NCBI GenBank assembly: GCA_965232115.1
Contig: OZ246958.1
Location: forward strand, 960,076-1,024,075
Length of the DNA stretch: 64,000 nucleotides
From: Candidatus Poribacteria bacterium
GTDB lineage: Bacteria > Poribacteria > WGA-4E > WGA-3G
Reading direction: 5' to 3'
Below, piece after piece: positions 9,654 through 19,627 of this stretch (its first letter is position 1; each line of letters starts with the position of its first letter). The position numbers and the translations under genes were made by a program. The notes under the pieces are model-generated. The model saw nothing but the letters and a program-made list of their open reading frames with translations, had not been told where the DNA came from and searched no databases.

Positions 9654-11927
9654 TTATAACGCCCGGAAAATTAAGATTAACACCACAATTCCTGCCAGTA
9701 CGACGAAAAGATAGGTCTGAATCGCTCCGGTCTGGATCCGACGGACTCTTCCACCGATTGACCATGTAACCTCAGCAACCCGATTAACGAGACCGTCGAC
9801 GATGCGGTTATCGAAAACGCCAACGAATGCGGCGAGGATGTCGCGGGTTACTTTTCCAACACCGTTGACGATGCCGTCAACGATAGTTCCATCAAATTGG
9901 GCAAAGAGTCGAGATTTCCATACTGTCACAGCGACTAAGACACCGTCGTAAAACTCGTCAAAGTAGTATTTGTGCCAGAAGAGATTATAAAGCGGTCGGA
10001 ACGTTGTTGCGACAGACTCAGCAGACAAGGTACGTCTATGGTAGAACAGCCATGACAGCAGTATGCCTAATCCGGCGACGATGATGGATAAGACCATCGC
10101 GATCGTGTGTGATGGTCCGTGTCCATGATGTGCGTCATCTCCGTGTGCGCCGTGTGTGTCGTCTGTGCCTTCTTCCGCTGCCACGGCTTCAGAGATTCCG
10201 AAGAGTGAGAAGGTGAGACCGGCTTCACCGACTTTGCTATCGGGTGAAACGTATGCATGTGTTGGTGCATGGAGATGCGGTTGTGCTGGTGGTTTAACGT
10301 AATCTGCGTTGAACCAGAGCGTGTTAACGACCGGAAAACTCAGGACAGCCAAGACGAGGAGCGGCGCGGTCATGCTCTTAGGGGACTCGTGTGCCATGTC
10401 GTGCATTTCTTGATTGCGCGGTTCACCAAAAAAGGTCATGAAGATGAGACGGAACATATAGAACGCCGTAATCCCAGCGGCAAAGAGTGCCATGCCGAAC
10501 AGGAGATAGTGGTGTACGGAGTTCCATTCCATTGCGCGACCGAGCACGCCGGCTAAGATTGCGTCCTTACTCCAGAAACCGGAGAAGATAAACGGGACAC
10601 CGGAGATCGACAACGTTGCGATGAGCATCGTTATGAAAGTAATCGGCATCTTATGGCGAAGGCCGCCCATGTTCCGCATATCTTGATCTGGCGGAATCTC
10701 AGGAATGGCTGTCGGCTGTCGGCTTTCAGCCATCAGCAAAGAGGTTTCTGATGAAGCGACCTCCTCTTGCTGACTGCTGACGACTGACTGCTGATGGCTA
10801 TCTTGTGAATGTTCGTGTGCGTGTTCATCGTCATGTCCGTGACCGTGCATCGCATGAAAGGCGTGGATAACGCTGCCGGAGCCGAGGAAAAGCAGTGCCT
10901 TGAAAAAAGCGTGCGTTGTGAGGTGAAAGAGTCCTGCGACATAGCTGCCAACGCCAATTCCAAGCATCATGTACCCCAACTGGCTGACTGTGGAGTATGC
11001 CAAGACGCGCTTGATGTCAAAGCGGACGATAGCGATAGTCGCAGCAATAATTGCTGTGATACCACCGATATAGGCGATGACCAGAGATGAGGTTTCTGTC
11101 AAGATTGGGAACATCCGAGCCGTGAGATAGACCCCAGCGGCAACCATTGTTGCGGCGTGAATCAGTGCACTGACAGGTGTAGGACCTTCCATTGCATCGG
11201 GCAACCAAGTATGTAGAGGGACTTGCGCGGATTTACCGACCGCCCCACAGAAAATGAGCACACCGGCAATAGAGAGCCAGACCATATCGCCTGTGTTTAA
11301 TTGGGATGCGGCTTCGGCGAAAATACCGCTTTCTCCGTAGAGTGAAAGCGTATCGAATTTAGTGAAAAGCATCATCATGCCGATGAACATACCGACATCG
11401 CCGACGCGCGTCGTCAGGAACGCCTTTTTGCAGGCATCCGCTGCCGAGTCCTTTTCAAACCAGAAACCGATGAGCAGATAGGAGCAGAGACCGACGAGTT
11501 CCCAACCGATGTAGATACCGAGCAGGTTATCCGATACAACCAAGAAGAGCATCGAGAAGGAGAAAAGCGAAAGGAAAGCAAAAAACCGTGGATACCTCGG
11601 ATCGCCGTGCATGTAGCCCATGGAGAAGATATGGACAAGGCTACTGACGAGCGTGACAACAATCAGCATGATTGCGGTAACGCTATCAAGGTAAAAACCC
11701 ATTGAGAAGGTAACACTACCGAGCGAAAGCCACTGAACAGTATGGGGTTCTGGATCGGGGACGACCTCTTGCAAGAGCAGAAGCGAGCAGACGAGTGCGA
11801 TGAGCATCGCTACTGTAGATAGGTAGTCCTGTCGGGGGAAACTCCGTTTCGCTAAGCCCAAAAGTCCGAAGATCGCGAAGGCAGCGAGGGGACAGAGCAA
11901 GATGAGACTGATTAAGAGTACAACCAT
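9654..11927 (-). CDS. nuoL: NADH-quinone oxidoreductase subunit L (elongated, 757 aa, with His-rich loop insertions)
   Basis: It has a conserved NuoL N-terminus and TM core (GWELVGLCSYLLIGFWFEKDSAADACKKAF). Two His-rich inserts are present (HAMHGHGHDDEHAHEH..., THGAHGDDAHHGHGPSH). Confidence 0.9.
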   Translation of the reverse strand: MVVLLISLILLCPLAAFAIFGLLGLAKRSFPRQDYLSTVAMLIALVCSLLLLQEVVPDPEPHTVQWLSLGSVTFSMGFYLDSVTAIMLIVVTLVSSLVHIFSMGYMHGDPRYPRFFAFLSLFSFSMLFLVVSDNLLGIYIGWELVGLCSYLLIGFWFEKDSAADACKKAFLTTRVGDVGMFIGMMMLFTKFDTLSLYGESGIFAEAASQLNTGDMVWLSIAGVLIFCGAVGKSAQVPLHTWLPDAMEGPTPVSALIHAATMVAAGVYLTARMFPILTETSSLVIAYIGGITAIIAATIAIVRFDIKRVLAYSTVSQLGYMMLGIGVGSYVAGLFHLTTHAFFKALLFLGSGSVIHAFHAMHGHGHDDEHAHEHSQDSHQQSVVSSQQEEVASSETSLLMAESRQPTAIPEIPPDQDMRNMGGLRHKMPITFITMLIATLSISGVPFIFSGFWSKDAILAGVLGRAMEWNSVHHYLLFGMALFAAGITAFYMFRLIFMTFFGEPRNQEMHDMAHESPKSMTAPLLVLAVLSFPVVNTLWFNADYVKPPAQPHLHAPTHAYVSPDSKVGEAGLTFSLFGISEAVAAEEGTDDTHGAHGDDAHHGHGPSHTIAMVLSIIVAGLGILLSWLFYHRRTLSAESVATTFRPLYNLFWHKYYFDEFYDGVLVAVTVWKSRLFAQFDGTIVDGIVNGVGKVTRDILAAFVGVFDNRIVDGLVNRVAEVTWSIGGRVRRIQTGAIQTYLFVVLAGIVVLILIFRAL

Positions 11928-12062
11928 ACTTTCTGTTTTTTTAACCTTTCTGTTAGCAGTCAGCGGTCAGCAAAGAGGTTTTGTGGATGGACAAACGTCT
12001 GCAACTGCCACACAATTTAGCTGACAACCGATTATTGACAACTGATGCCCATAAAAACTATT

Positions 12063-12371
12063 TTAACCCTTTAAGGTGTCCACTTCGTCGGGACGGATGC
12101 TACCGAATTCGCGGTAGATAGCGAGAATAATTGCTAAAAAGACAGCGGCTTCTGCGGCAGCGAGCACGATCCCAAAGATTGCGATAACCTGTCCGCTGAT
12201 ATCCTCTGGTGGTGTCATGAAACGCGCGAACGCTGCGAAGTTAAGATTGCACGAATTGAGAATAAGTTCGATGCCCATCAAAATGCTAATAGCGTTCCGT
12301 CGGGTTAAGACGGCAAAAATACCGAGCGTGAACAGAATCGCGCTGATGACGAGATAGTGTTGTAGGGTCAT
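12063..12371 (-). CDS. nuoK: NADH-quinone oxidoreductase subunit K
   Basis: 102 aa with MTLQHYLVISAILFTLGIFAVLTRRNAISILMGIELILN. Confidence 0.9.
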   Translation of the reverse strand: MTLQHYLVISAILFTLGIFAVLTRRNAISILMGIELILNSCNLNFAAFARFMTPPEDISGQVIAIFGIVLAAAEAAVFLAIILAIYREFGSIRPDEVDTLKG

Positions 12372-12889
12372 TCGTCCCTAACCTCCTTTCGGGAAATCAG
12401 GGTGGCACCGATTAAGGCGACTAACAACAACACAGAGACGACCTCAAACGGGAGGAGAAAGGGTCCATTCAAAATCAGTTCACCAATCCGTTCAGTTGTC
12501 GGTGGAAGTTCAGTCCCGTCATCGGTAAGGTTTTTCCATGCGGGTGTATTGGCAATAACCGTCAGGAGCAGCATAAGCAGCATCAAGGCAATCACACCCC
12601 CAAGTAGGAGCTGCCCGCGTTCAATATGGATACGCATCTCCAAGCGACCACTTGTCATCATAACCCCGAATAGAATCAAAACAAGTATACCACCGACGTA
12701 GACAATTACCTGCGTTGCGGCGAGGAAGTCAGCCTGTAGAAAGACGTAAAGTCCGGCAACACCGAAAAGCGTCACCATGAGCGAGAACGCTGCGTGAACA
12801 ATGTTTCGGACCGTGACGACGACGAGTGCCGAGGCGATTGTCATCAGCGCGAAGCCGTAAAAAATAAAAGTTTTAAGCGTAAATTCCAT
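12368..12889 (-). CDS. nuoJ: NADH-quinone oxidoreductase subunit J
   Basis: 173-aa membrane protein with a 4-nt overlap with nuoK. Confidence 0.85.
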   Translation of the reverse strand: MEFTLKTFIFYGFALMTIASALVVVTVRNIVHAAFSLMVTLFGVAGLYVFLQADFLAATQVIVYVGGILVLILFGVMMTSGRLEMRIHIERGQLLLGGVIALMLLMLLLTVIANTPAWKNLTDDGTELPPTTERIGELILNGPFLLPFEVVSVLLLVALIGATLISRKEVRDE

Positions 12890-12947
12890 TTTTTTAATGG
12901 TTGTTGGTTATCGGTTTTTGGTTATTGTAAACTTATGAAACAGATAA

Positions 12948-13667
12948 CTAATCCGCTGCTTCTGCGTCTACGGCACCATCTTTATTGTACATCTCCTGTT
13001 TGTCGAACTTGAAGATTAAATCTGACCGATCGAACTTGGAATACTCAATGCCTTCGAGTGTATCCTTCATGACGAGGCATTCTGTGGGGCAGACCTCAGT
13101 GCAAAGTCCACAATACATACAGAGGGACATATCAATATCGAATTGATCCAGATAGAACACAACCGGGTTTCGCGTAACGACCCGCGATATCTCATCGCTG
13201 GAGAAAGTCTCGGTTCGACTCTCATTCCCTGAAGATTCAAGCCGATCAATGACTTCCTGCGTCCCTAAGCGAGACGTGATATTTGTGACAGTTATTGAAT
13301 CTGCCGATTTTATCTTTTTATCATCGCCTTCGATGATGCCGATGACTTCTCGCCCGTCTTTGAGGTGCACGATGTTCATGCTATCCCACAGCTGTTCGCC
13401 TTTCGGGAGTTTGGTGCCTGTAATCGTAATGCAATCGACTGGGCAAATCATCTCACACTTCTTACATCCGATACAGTCTTCAATCCGATTGTAAAGCTGC
13501 CCGCGGTACCCTTTAGGAATCTCTCGAACGTTGCGTTTTTTCTCATAGTCATGTTCATACGGGTATTGATGTGTGACGTTCGGTTCAAAGAACTGCTTGA
13601 TTGTCACCCGCATTCCTACAAGAACGGTATAAACGCCTCTGTAGATGTTTCGTATGTATTTATCCAT
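12948..13667 (-). CDS. nuoI: NADH-quinone oxidoreductase subunit I (2x[4Fe-4S] ferredoxin-like) with a long inter-motif insertion
   Basis: It has motifs CIGCKKCEMICP and CMYCGLCTEVCP and a NuoI-like N-terminus. At 239 aa it is longer than the usual ~170 aa. Confidence 0.85.
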   Translation of the reverse strand: MDKYIRNIYRGVYTVLVGMRVTIKQFFEPNVTHQYPYEHDYEKKRNVREIPKGYRGQLYNRIEDCIGCKKCEMICPVDCITITGTKLPKGEQLWDSMNIVHLKDGREVIGIIEGDDKKIKSADSITVTNITSRLGTQEVIDRLESSGNESRTETFSSDEISRVVTRNPVVFYLDQFDIDMSLCMYCGLCTEVCPTECLVMKDTLEGIEYSKFDRSDLIFKFDKQEMYNKDGAVDAEAAD

Positions 13668-13716
13668 CTTTTAACTTTCCTTGCGGTTCGGTGAGATCGG
13701 TTTAGGTTTAAAAATC

Positions 13717-14985
13717 CTAACTCGGTTGTGGTGCTGGTCTCTGGGCGAAAGTCCGCCCAGCAACTTTATACGCCGTGATAAGTCCGATGTAGATAATAGC
13801 GCAGCTAATGGCAGTGCTAATCAGCGTATCCTCTGGGAAAATAAGCCCCCAGATGCCAGTGCCTAAGATGTTGAAGAAGGCAATCGGGATGAAGTATTTC
13901 CAACAGAGATTCATCAGCTGATCTACTCGCAAGCGCGGCAGCGTCCACCTCAACCACATCATCAAAAAGACGAGTGCTGAGGTTTTGATAACGAAACCTG
14001 GGAAGCCGCCGAGAATATCATAACCCGGTAGCACGCCTTCCCAACCGCCGAGGAAAAGCGTCACCGCGATTGCACTCACAGCGAACATATTCGCATATTC
14101 AGCGATAAAGAAGAGCGCGAAGCGCATTCCGCTATATTCGGTATGAAAACCAGCAACGATTTCAGACTCGGCTTCGGGCAAATCAAAGGGTGTCCGGTTT
14201 ACCTCAGCAATTGAAGATATGAAGAAAATAAAAAATGCAATAAAGGTAAAAGGCGTTCGGAAGATGAGCCAGCTGAAAATACCGTTGGATTGGTTTGCTA
14301 CGAGCTCCGACATGCTCAAACTTTCAACGAGCATAACAACCGTTAGGATAGAGAGGCCGAGCGGAATTTCGTAGCTAACTATCTGGGCGGCGGAACGGAG
14401 TGAACCCAACAACGACCATTTGCTGTTTGAAGACCAGCCCGCCATAATTACGCCCATGACAATGACAGAGGAGATCGCCATGATATAGAAGATGCCGATA
14501 TTAAAGTCGCTCACCAAAATATTTTGACCGAACGGAATGGCAGCAAAAACAGCAAAGGAGCAGGCAAAAATGACATAGGGCGCGAGCAGAAAAAGGAATT
14601 TGTCGCCTTGCGGTGGGATATAATCCTCTTTGAAGAGGAGTTTAACCCCGTCCGCTAACGTTTGGAGGGTGCCCCACGGTCCGACGCGCATGGGACCCGT
14701 TCGATTCTGAAAACGTGCGGAGACCTTTCGCTCTGCAAGCACTAACACTAAGGGGAGTAGGGGGACCACTCCAACAAAGATACCGGCACATCCGAACATA
14801 ACGAGGACCGTGCCTAATTCCACAGGGAAATGCGAAGCAACCGCTTCCGGCAATCGTGGAAGGACGACGTTCTGTATAAATTCCTCTGCCCAATTGAGTC
14901 CATCTTGCAAGTTCATATTTGGAAAGAAACTTTCAGATACGTTGAAATATGGGAAACCTGCAAGCATTACCCTAAAGTCCGACAT
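13717..14985 (-). CDS. nuoH: NADH-quinone oxidoreductase subunit H
   Basis: 422 aa with the NuoH signature LAERKVSARFQNRTGPMRVGPWGTLQTLADGVKLLFKED. Confidence 0.9.
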   Translation of the reverse strand: MSDFRVMLAGFPYFNVSESFFPNMNLQDGLNWAEEFIQNVVLPRLPEAVASHFPVELGTVLVMFGCAGIFVGVVPLLPLVLVLAERKVSARFQNRTGPMRVGPWGTLQTLADGVKLLFKEDYIPPQGDKFLFLLAPYVIFACSFAVFAAIPFGQNILVSDFNIGIFYIMAISSVIVMGVIMAGWSSNSKWSLLGSLRSAAQIVSYEIPLGLSILTVVMLVESLSMSELVANQSNGIFSWLIFRTPFTFIAFFIFFISSIAEVNRTPFDLPEAESEIVAGFHTEYSGMRFALFFIAEYANMFAVSAIAVTLFLGGWEGVLPGYDILGGFPGFVIKTSALVFLMMWLRWTLPRLRVDQLMNLCWKYFIPIAFFNILGTGIWGLIFPEDTLISTAISCAIIYIGLITAYKVAGRTFAQRPAPQPS

Positions 14986-15011
14986 CTAATCTCCTTATCT
15001 GACAAGTGCGT

Positions 15012-16217
15012 TTACCGGTCAACCTCTCCCATCACAATATCAATACTGCCGATGATAGCGATAATATCTGCCACCATCAAACCGCGACTGAGTTCCTGCA
15101 TCACACTCAAAGCACTAAAACAGGGAGAGCGTCCCTTCACGCGCACTGGCTTGGGGGTACCGTCGCTGACAATATAGAATCCGAGTTCACCGCGCGGGGC
15201 TTCACTGCGGAAATAGATTTCGCCTTTTGGCGGACGAACGGCTTTTAAATCTGCCATAACAGGACCGTCAGGGAGTCCTTCGGCTAAAATCTGGCGGACA
15301 ATCCGGACAGATTCCTTCATCTCGTCCATACGGATTTTATACCGACTCCAACAATCACCGACAACCGCGCCTAATTCTGGCACATCCACAGCAACCGGCA
15401 CGTCAAAGTCAAATCTGTCATAGATGGAGTAGGGTTCGTCTCGTCGGAGGTCCCAGTCTACACCGGAGCCGCGAAGGTTAGGGCCTGTTGCGCCGTAGCT
15501 AAGTGCCATCTCCGCTGACATAACAGCCACGTCAGTCGTGCGTTCCGAGAAAATACTGTTTTTCGTCAGGAGTTCGTTATACTCATCAATCTTCGGTTCA
15601 AAATAATCTAAAAATGCTTCTATCTCGTCCAAATAATTCTGCTCGGCAATAGAACCCGACTCCATAGGAATAATTTCGGAGACACCCCCGATACGGACGT
15701 AGTTATAGGTGAGTCGTGCGCCACAGACCTTCTCGAAAAGGAGAAGCAATCGTTCACGGTCGCGAAAGGCGTAAAGGAACGGTGTAAATGCACCGAGATC
15801 CATGCCATAAGTGCCAAATGAGAGCAGGTGGCTTGCGATACGGTTCAATTCACAGATAAGCACGCGTAGGTATTCTGCACGTTCTGGCACCTCAAAATCC
15901 CGACTTTCGTCCGCTTCCAATAACTTTTCGACAGCGAGACAAAATCCCCAATTCTGGTTCATCGCTGCGATGTAATCCATCCGGTCGGTAAACGGAATGA
16001 TTTGGGGATAAGAGAGGTTTTCGGAATGTTTCTCGAAACAGCGATGTAGGTAGCCGATATGCGGAATCGCTTCACGGACGACCTCGCCATCTAGCTTTAA
16101 CTCCAAGCGTAACACACCGTGTGTACTGGGATGCTGCGGTCCCATGTTCACCACCATCTCATCGGCGAACGGTTTTAATTCGATAATTTTGCTTTCGGTC
16201 TGTTGTGTCGTTTCCAT
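15012..16217 (-). CDS. nuoD: NADH-quinone oxidoreductase subunit D
   Basis: 401 aa with MVVNMGPQHPSTHGVLRLELKLDGEVV. Confidence 0.9.
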   Translation of the reverse strand: METTQQTESKIIELKPFADEMVVNMGPQHPSTHGVLRLELKLDGEVVREAIPHIGYLHRCFEKHSENLSYPQIIPFTDRMDYIAAMNQNWGFCLAVEKLLEADESRDFEVPERAEYLRVLICELNRIASHLLSFGTYGMDLGAFTPFLYAFRDRERLLLLFEKVCGARLTYNYVRIGGVSEIIPMESGSIAEQNYLDEIEAFLDYFEPKIDEYNELLTKNSIFSERTTDVAVMSAEMALSYGATGPNLRGSGVDWDLRRDEPYSIYDRFDFDVPVAVDVPELGAVVGDCWSRYKIRMDEMKESVRIVRQILAEGLPDGPVMADLKAVRPPKGEIYFRSEAPRGELGFYIVSDGTPKPVRVKGRSPCFSALSVMQELSRGLMVADIIAIIGSIDIVMGEVDR

Positions 16218-16338
16218 AATGTGGGTTTTACGAAGCTCAAAGTTGTTATTAATACCTATCTGTTTGCCCTATATATGATACCACTTTTGCGGTCCAATGT
16301 CAAGTCTTAACCTGTCTTTTCGGTTGTCAATTCTGTGG

Positions 16339-16370
16339 AAAAATGTTACACCAGTGTAACATTTTTTGTT
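16339..16370. promoter_or_regulatory. Perfect 11-bp inverted repeat AAAATGTTACA-CCAG-TGTAACATTTT (candidate operator) in the nuoC-nuoD spacer
   Basis: The palindrome is seen directly in the sequence. A third half-site, AAAGTGTAACATTTT, lies at 16453-16468. The spacer is 280 bp and sits inside an otherwise tightly packed operon. Confidence 0.35.
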
Positions 16371-16496
16371 TGGTATCTATGTCTAATAAACCCTTGTGCT
16401 GCCTGAGTTTTCAAAGCATTTCTGGTTCTGATGTTCCGATGGAAAAAAAGCCAAAAGTGTAACATTTTCAGGTGCTAAACGCCACACAAATCTGTC

Positions 16497-16982
16497 CTAA
16501 TATGGCACGCGCATGCCGCGATAGAATTCGGGTTCCTTGTAATCTTTGCGGAGCGGATACCCCTCCCAATCGTCGGGCAACAAGATGCGCCGCAGGTCAT
16601 TGTGTCCTTCAAAGAAGATTCCGTAGAGGTCGTAAGCCTCGCGTTCGTGCCAATCCGCCGTTTTCCAGATATGTGAGACGCTTGGAAGGTGTGGATTTGT
16701 TTTTGGTACCAAAGCTTTGATGACCACACTGTGTCGATGTCGCATGGAATAGAGGTGATAGACGACAGCAAACTCTTCATCGTTGGCATTCCGGTCGAGA
16801 CCGCTCAGACACATCAGGGAATCAAATGCCAATGAATCGGTTTCGGCGAGGTATTGACACACATCGGCGATGGCTGAGGGGGTAATATGGATGCTCGGGT
16901 CACCAGCGAGTTCGGTGTCAAAGTTGAGAACGGTTTCACTAAACTGCTTGGTTAGGACTTCATAGATTTCTTCTGGTTTCAC
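16497..16982 (-). CDS. nuoC: NADH-quinone oxidoreductase subunit C
   Basis: 161 aa with FAVVYHLYSMRHRHSVVIKALVP...DWHEREAYDLYGIFFEGH. Confidence 0.9.
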   Translation of the reverse strand: MKPEEIYEVLTKQFSETVLNFDTELAGDPSIHITPSAIADVCQYLAETDSLAFDSLMCLSGLDRNANDEEFAVVYHLYSMRHRHSVVIKALVPKTNPHLPSVSHIWKTADWHEREAYDLYGIFFEGHNDLRRILLPDDWEGYPLRKDYKEPEFYRGMRVPY

Positions 16983-17042
16983 GTAATTCCTACTCCATGG
17001 TCGCGGTTACAAATCGCATCTACCGTTAGATGCCTCGGTATG

Positions 17043-17651
17043 CTAAGCAGTGTTTTCTTCTGCGTTATCGTCTTCCGTAGGCGGTATTTCAGTCTCAATC
17101 TCGGTGTCAGTTCCCTCAAGTTCGTACCACTCCGTTTTGGTGAAGAGTCGTTTCAAGAACGGAACATGCTCACGTTTAGCGACGGTTTGGGTTCTGATCT
17201 TCTCTTGTAGTTTGAGCAATCCTTCGATAAGTGCCTCTGGACGCGGTGGGCATCCGGGTACATAAACGTCAACAGGGATGATACGATCGACACCTTTGAG
17301 GACGTGGTATCCGTGTTGCCAGTAAGGACCGCCACTTGTTGCGCAGCTCCCCATTGAGATGACGTATTTCGGTTCCGGCATCTGTTCATATAGCCGTCGG
17401 ATCCGGGTCGCCATTTTGAGCGTCACCGTCCCGGAGATAACCATCAAGTCGGATTGGCGCGGCGTTGCGCGCGGGACACCGGCACCGAACCGGTCGAGGT
17501 CGTAGTTGGAGGCGGCGGTCGCCATAAATTCAATAGCACAACAGGCAAGACCGAACGTCATGGGCCAGAGTGCCGAGGCGCGTGCCCAGTTAGCGACAGC
17601 GTCCACTGAGGTGACAATAACGTTCTTATCTAACTTCTCATCAATTATCAT
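17043..17651 (-). CDS. nuoB: NADH-quinone oxidoreductase subunit B
   Basis: The start is at MIIDEKL (GGAGGG Shine-Dalgarno), overlapping the nuoA stop. It has CCAIEFMA...[10 protein letters not shown]...VPGCPPRPE Fe-S ligand motifs and an acidic C-terminal extension. Confidence 0.9.
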   Translation of the reverse strand: MIIDEKLDKNVIVTSVDAVANWARASALWPMTFGLACCAIEFMATAASNYDLDRFGAGVPRATPRQSDLMVISGTVTLKMATRIRRLYEQMPEPKYVISMGSCATSGGPYWQHGYHVLKGVDRIIPVDVYVPGCPPRPEALIEGLLKLQEKIRTQTVAKREHVPFLKRLFTKTEWYELEGTDTEIETEIPPTEDDNAEENTA

Positions 17652-18051
17652 AGCTTTCTTCCCTCCGGAGCGATTGGACTTCCAGCTGTGTGGAGCGGAT
17701 CCACTCCAGATCGCCTTTCGCCCAAACATAGGCAAGCCCGACTAAAAGGATGACGATGAAGACGAGCATCTCTAAGAACGCAAAAAGCCCAAAGTCCCGA
17801 AAAACAACTGCCCACGGGAAAAGGAACACGGCTTCCACGTCAAAGATGAGGAAGATCAGCGCGATGACATAAAAACGGGTGTTGAACTTAATCCGCGTAT
17901 CGCCAATCGGGTCTTCACCGCATTCATAGGGAATATACTTTTCGCCTGAAAATATCTTGGTGTGCAGGAGGCGAGAGATAGTCAGGTTTAGGACGACAAA
18001 TAGACTGCCAACAATCAAGAAAATTAGCACATTCGCAAAGTTAAAAAGCAT
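17641..18051 (-). CDS. nuoA: NADH-quinone oxidoreductase subunit A
   Basis: 136 aa with [40 protein letters not shown]. It is the first gene of the operon. Confidence 0.9.
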   Translation of the reverse strand: MLFNFANVLIFLIVGSLFVVLNLTISRLLHTKIFSGEKYIPYECGEDPIGDTRIKFNTRFYVIALIFLIFDVEAVFLFPWAVVFRDFGLFAFLEMLVFIVILLVGLAYVWAKGDLEWIRSTQLEVQSLRREESYDN

Positions 18052-18221
18052 TCTGGATTATCCTTGAAAACCGCGGGGTTACAAAACTTTTGTGCGTATT
18101 ACGATTCTGTTTTTAAAATTATATATTATTTTCCGTTGATTTGCAAGTAAAAAATTTTAACCTATCCGAGATTTTCGTGTGCGCATCTATTTTTTTAAAG
18201 CCTCTCTTGTGAAGGACAAAC

Positions 18222-18722
18222 TCAGTTTTGATTCTTGACTGTCCCCCATGTTGTTATCAACGAGAACGCTGAAGGTTCGACAGATACAGTTACCGCTGGA
18301 TCAAACCAAATTGCTTCTGAATTGAGCATTTCATGAGCGATATAGGCAACCTGATTGCCATCGGGTGACCAAGTCGGTTCCACTCTATATCTCGGTTCAG
18401 TGAACATCGGTTTGGCGTCTGTTCCATCAGCGTTCATGATATGTATGTCGTGCTTGCCTTTGTGGTCGGAGCAGAAAAGCATTCGCTGTCCTGACGGCTC
18501 CCAAGCGATGTGGTTAATACCTCTACTACGGGATTTACTGATGAGGTTCACTAAATCGCTGCCATCAGGGTTCATCATATAGATGTTGGATTGGTAGATC
18601 CCCGGCGGATTTATACCTCTTGACACGAAAGCGATTTTTGCGGTTGTGGGAGCTTGCGCAAAAGTAGGGAGGCATAGCAATAGACTGAGGCTACAGAGTA
18701 GGAGCAAACGGAATACCTTCAT
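18222..18722 (-). CDS. Secreted TolB-like/PD40 beta-propeller repeat protein
   Basis: It has a signal peptide (LLLCLPTFAQA) and PD40-like repeats (IYMMNPDGSDLVNL, IHIMNADGTD, PTWSPDGNQVAY). Confidence 0.6.
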   Translation of the reverse strand: MKVFRLLLLCSLSLLLCLPTFAQAPTTAKIAFVSRGINPPGIYQSNIYMMNPDGSDLVNLISKSRSRGINHIAWEPSGQRMLFCSDHKGKHDIHIMNADGTDAKPMFTEPRYRVEPTWSPDGNQVAYIAHEMLNSEAIWFDPAVTVSVEPSAFSLITTWGTVKNQN

Positions 18723-18731
18723 GGGAGAATC

Positions 18732-19502
18732 CTATTCTATTGTTAGTGTGATTTCGTTGGATACGAGGGATGCCTTTCCACGACGTGCCTTGACAGGTAG
18801 ATAGATATTCCTCTGCTCGTCCTTGCTTCTCTCTTGAATGAATTTAATCTGTTCTTGATAGTAGTTCGTCGCGTCCTGCTTGGCAGCGGCTTGAAGATTC
18901 GGGTCGTTCTGAAGCCGTGCGAGGTCTCGTCTTAACTCCGCTATTTCTGGATGTTCTTCGGTTATGGATTCCCGGTATACCTCTAAGTCAATCGCGAGTG
19001 TGACAGTATACGTGCCGGATTGTAACTGATAGTATCTCTGTATGTCTTTTAGCGTCAGTTCTTGGTTCATGGATGCTTTGAAATCAAACCCCTGGATGCA
19101 ACGGACAGATTTTCCATCCTGTTGGACGTATTTTTGTGGGTTTTCTTGTGTGATTGCACGCTTCGGTTCAACGATTTGCCCGTTTGCGTCCTTCACTGTT
19201 ACTTGTGTGAAAGCGCCCTTCGTCGCGACAGCGAAAAAGGGCACGAGTAGATCGAATTTACCGTTCTGAATGTTGACCTGAAGAGGGATTTCTTCCTTCG
19301 CCGTATAATTTGTTTTAAGGGTTGACAGTTGGAGCTCGGCAATCGGTCGCGCTGGTTCTTCCGTTTCTGTGGTGGCAGCGGTTTCATTGCTTTCCTGCTG
19401 CATCGTTTGCATACTTCCGACACATCCAGAGAGGGTAAAAAGAAAAAGAAAAAGCGTGGCGAATTTTGATATGACTTTCAAGTTGGTATTGGAAAGTATC
19501 AT
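18732..19502 (-). CDS. Lipoprotein, hypothetical
   Basis: It has a signal sequence with lipobox LSGC. No recognisable domain follows. Confidence 0.5.
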   Translation of the reverse strand: MILSNTNLKVISKFATLFLFLFTLSGCVGSMQTMQQESNETAATTETEEPARPIAELQLSTLKTNYTAKEEIPLQVNIQNGKFDLLVPFFAVATKGAFTQVTVKDANGQIVEPKRAITQENPQKYVQQDGKSVRCIQGFDFKASMNQELTLKDIQRYYQLQSGTYTVTLAIDLEVYRESITEEHPEIAELRRDLARLQNDPNLQAAAKQDATNYYQEQIKFIQERSKDEQRNIYLPVKARRGKASLVSNEITLTIE

Positions 19503-19627
19503 TTTATGCTCCTGATGTTTATTATCTCTAACGCAAGTTATTGCCTGTTTATTAGTTTGACTTTCCGACCGGGCGCAAACTAAAGGTTTACGCTACAAAA
19601 TCTTGTAGATAGCAACTTGGGTTAGGT

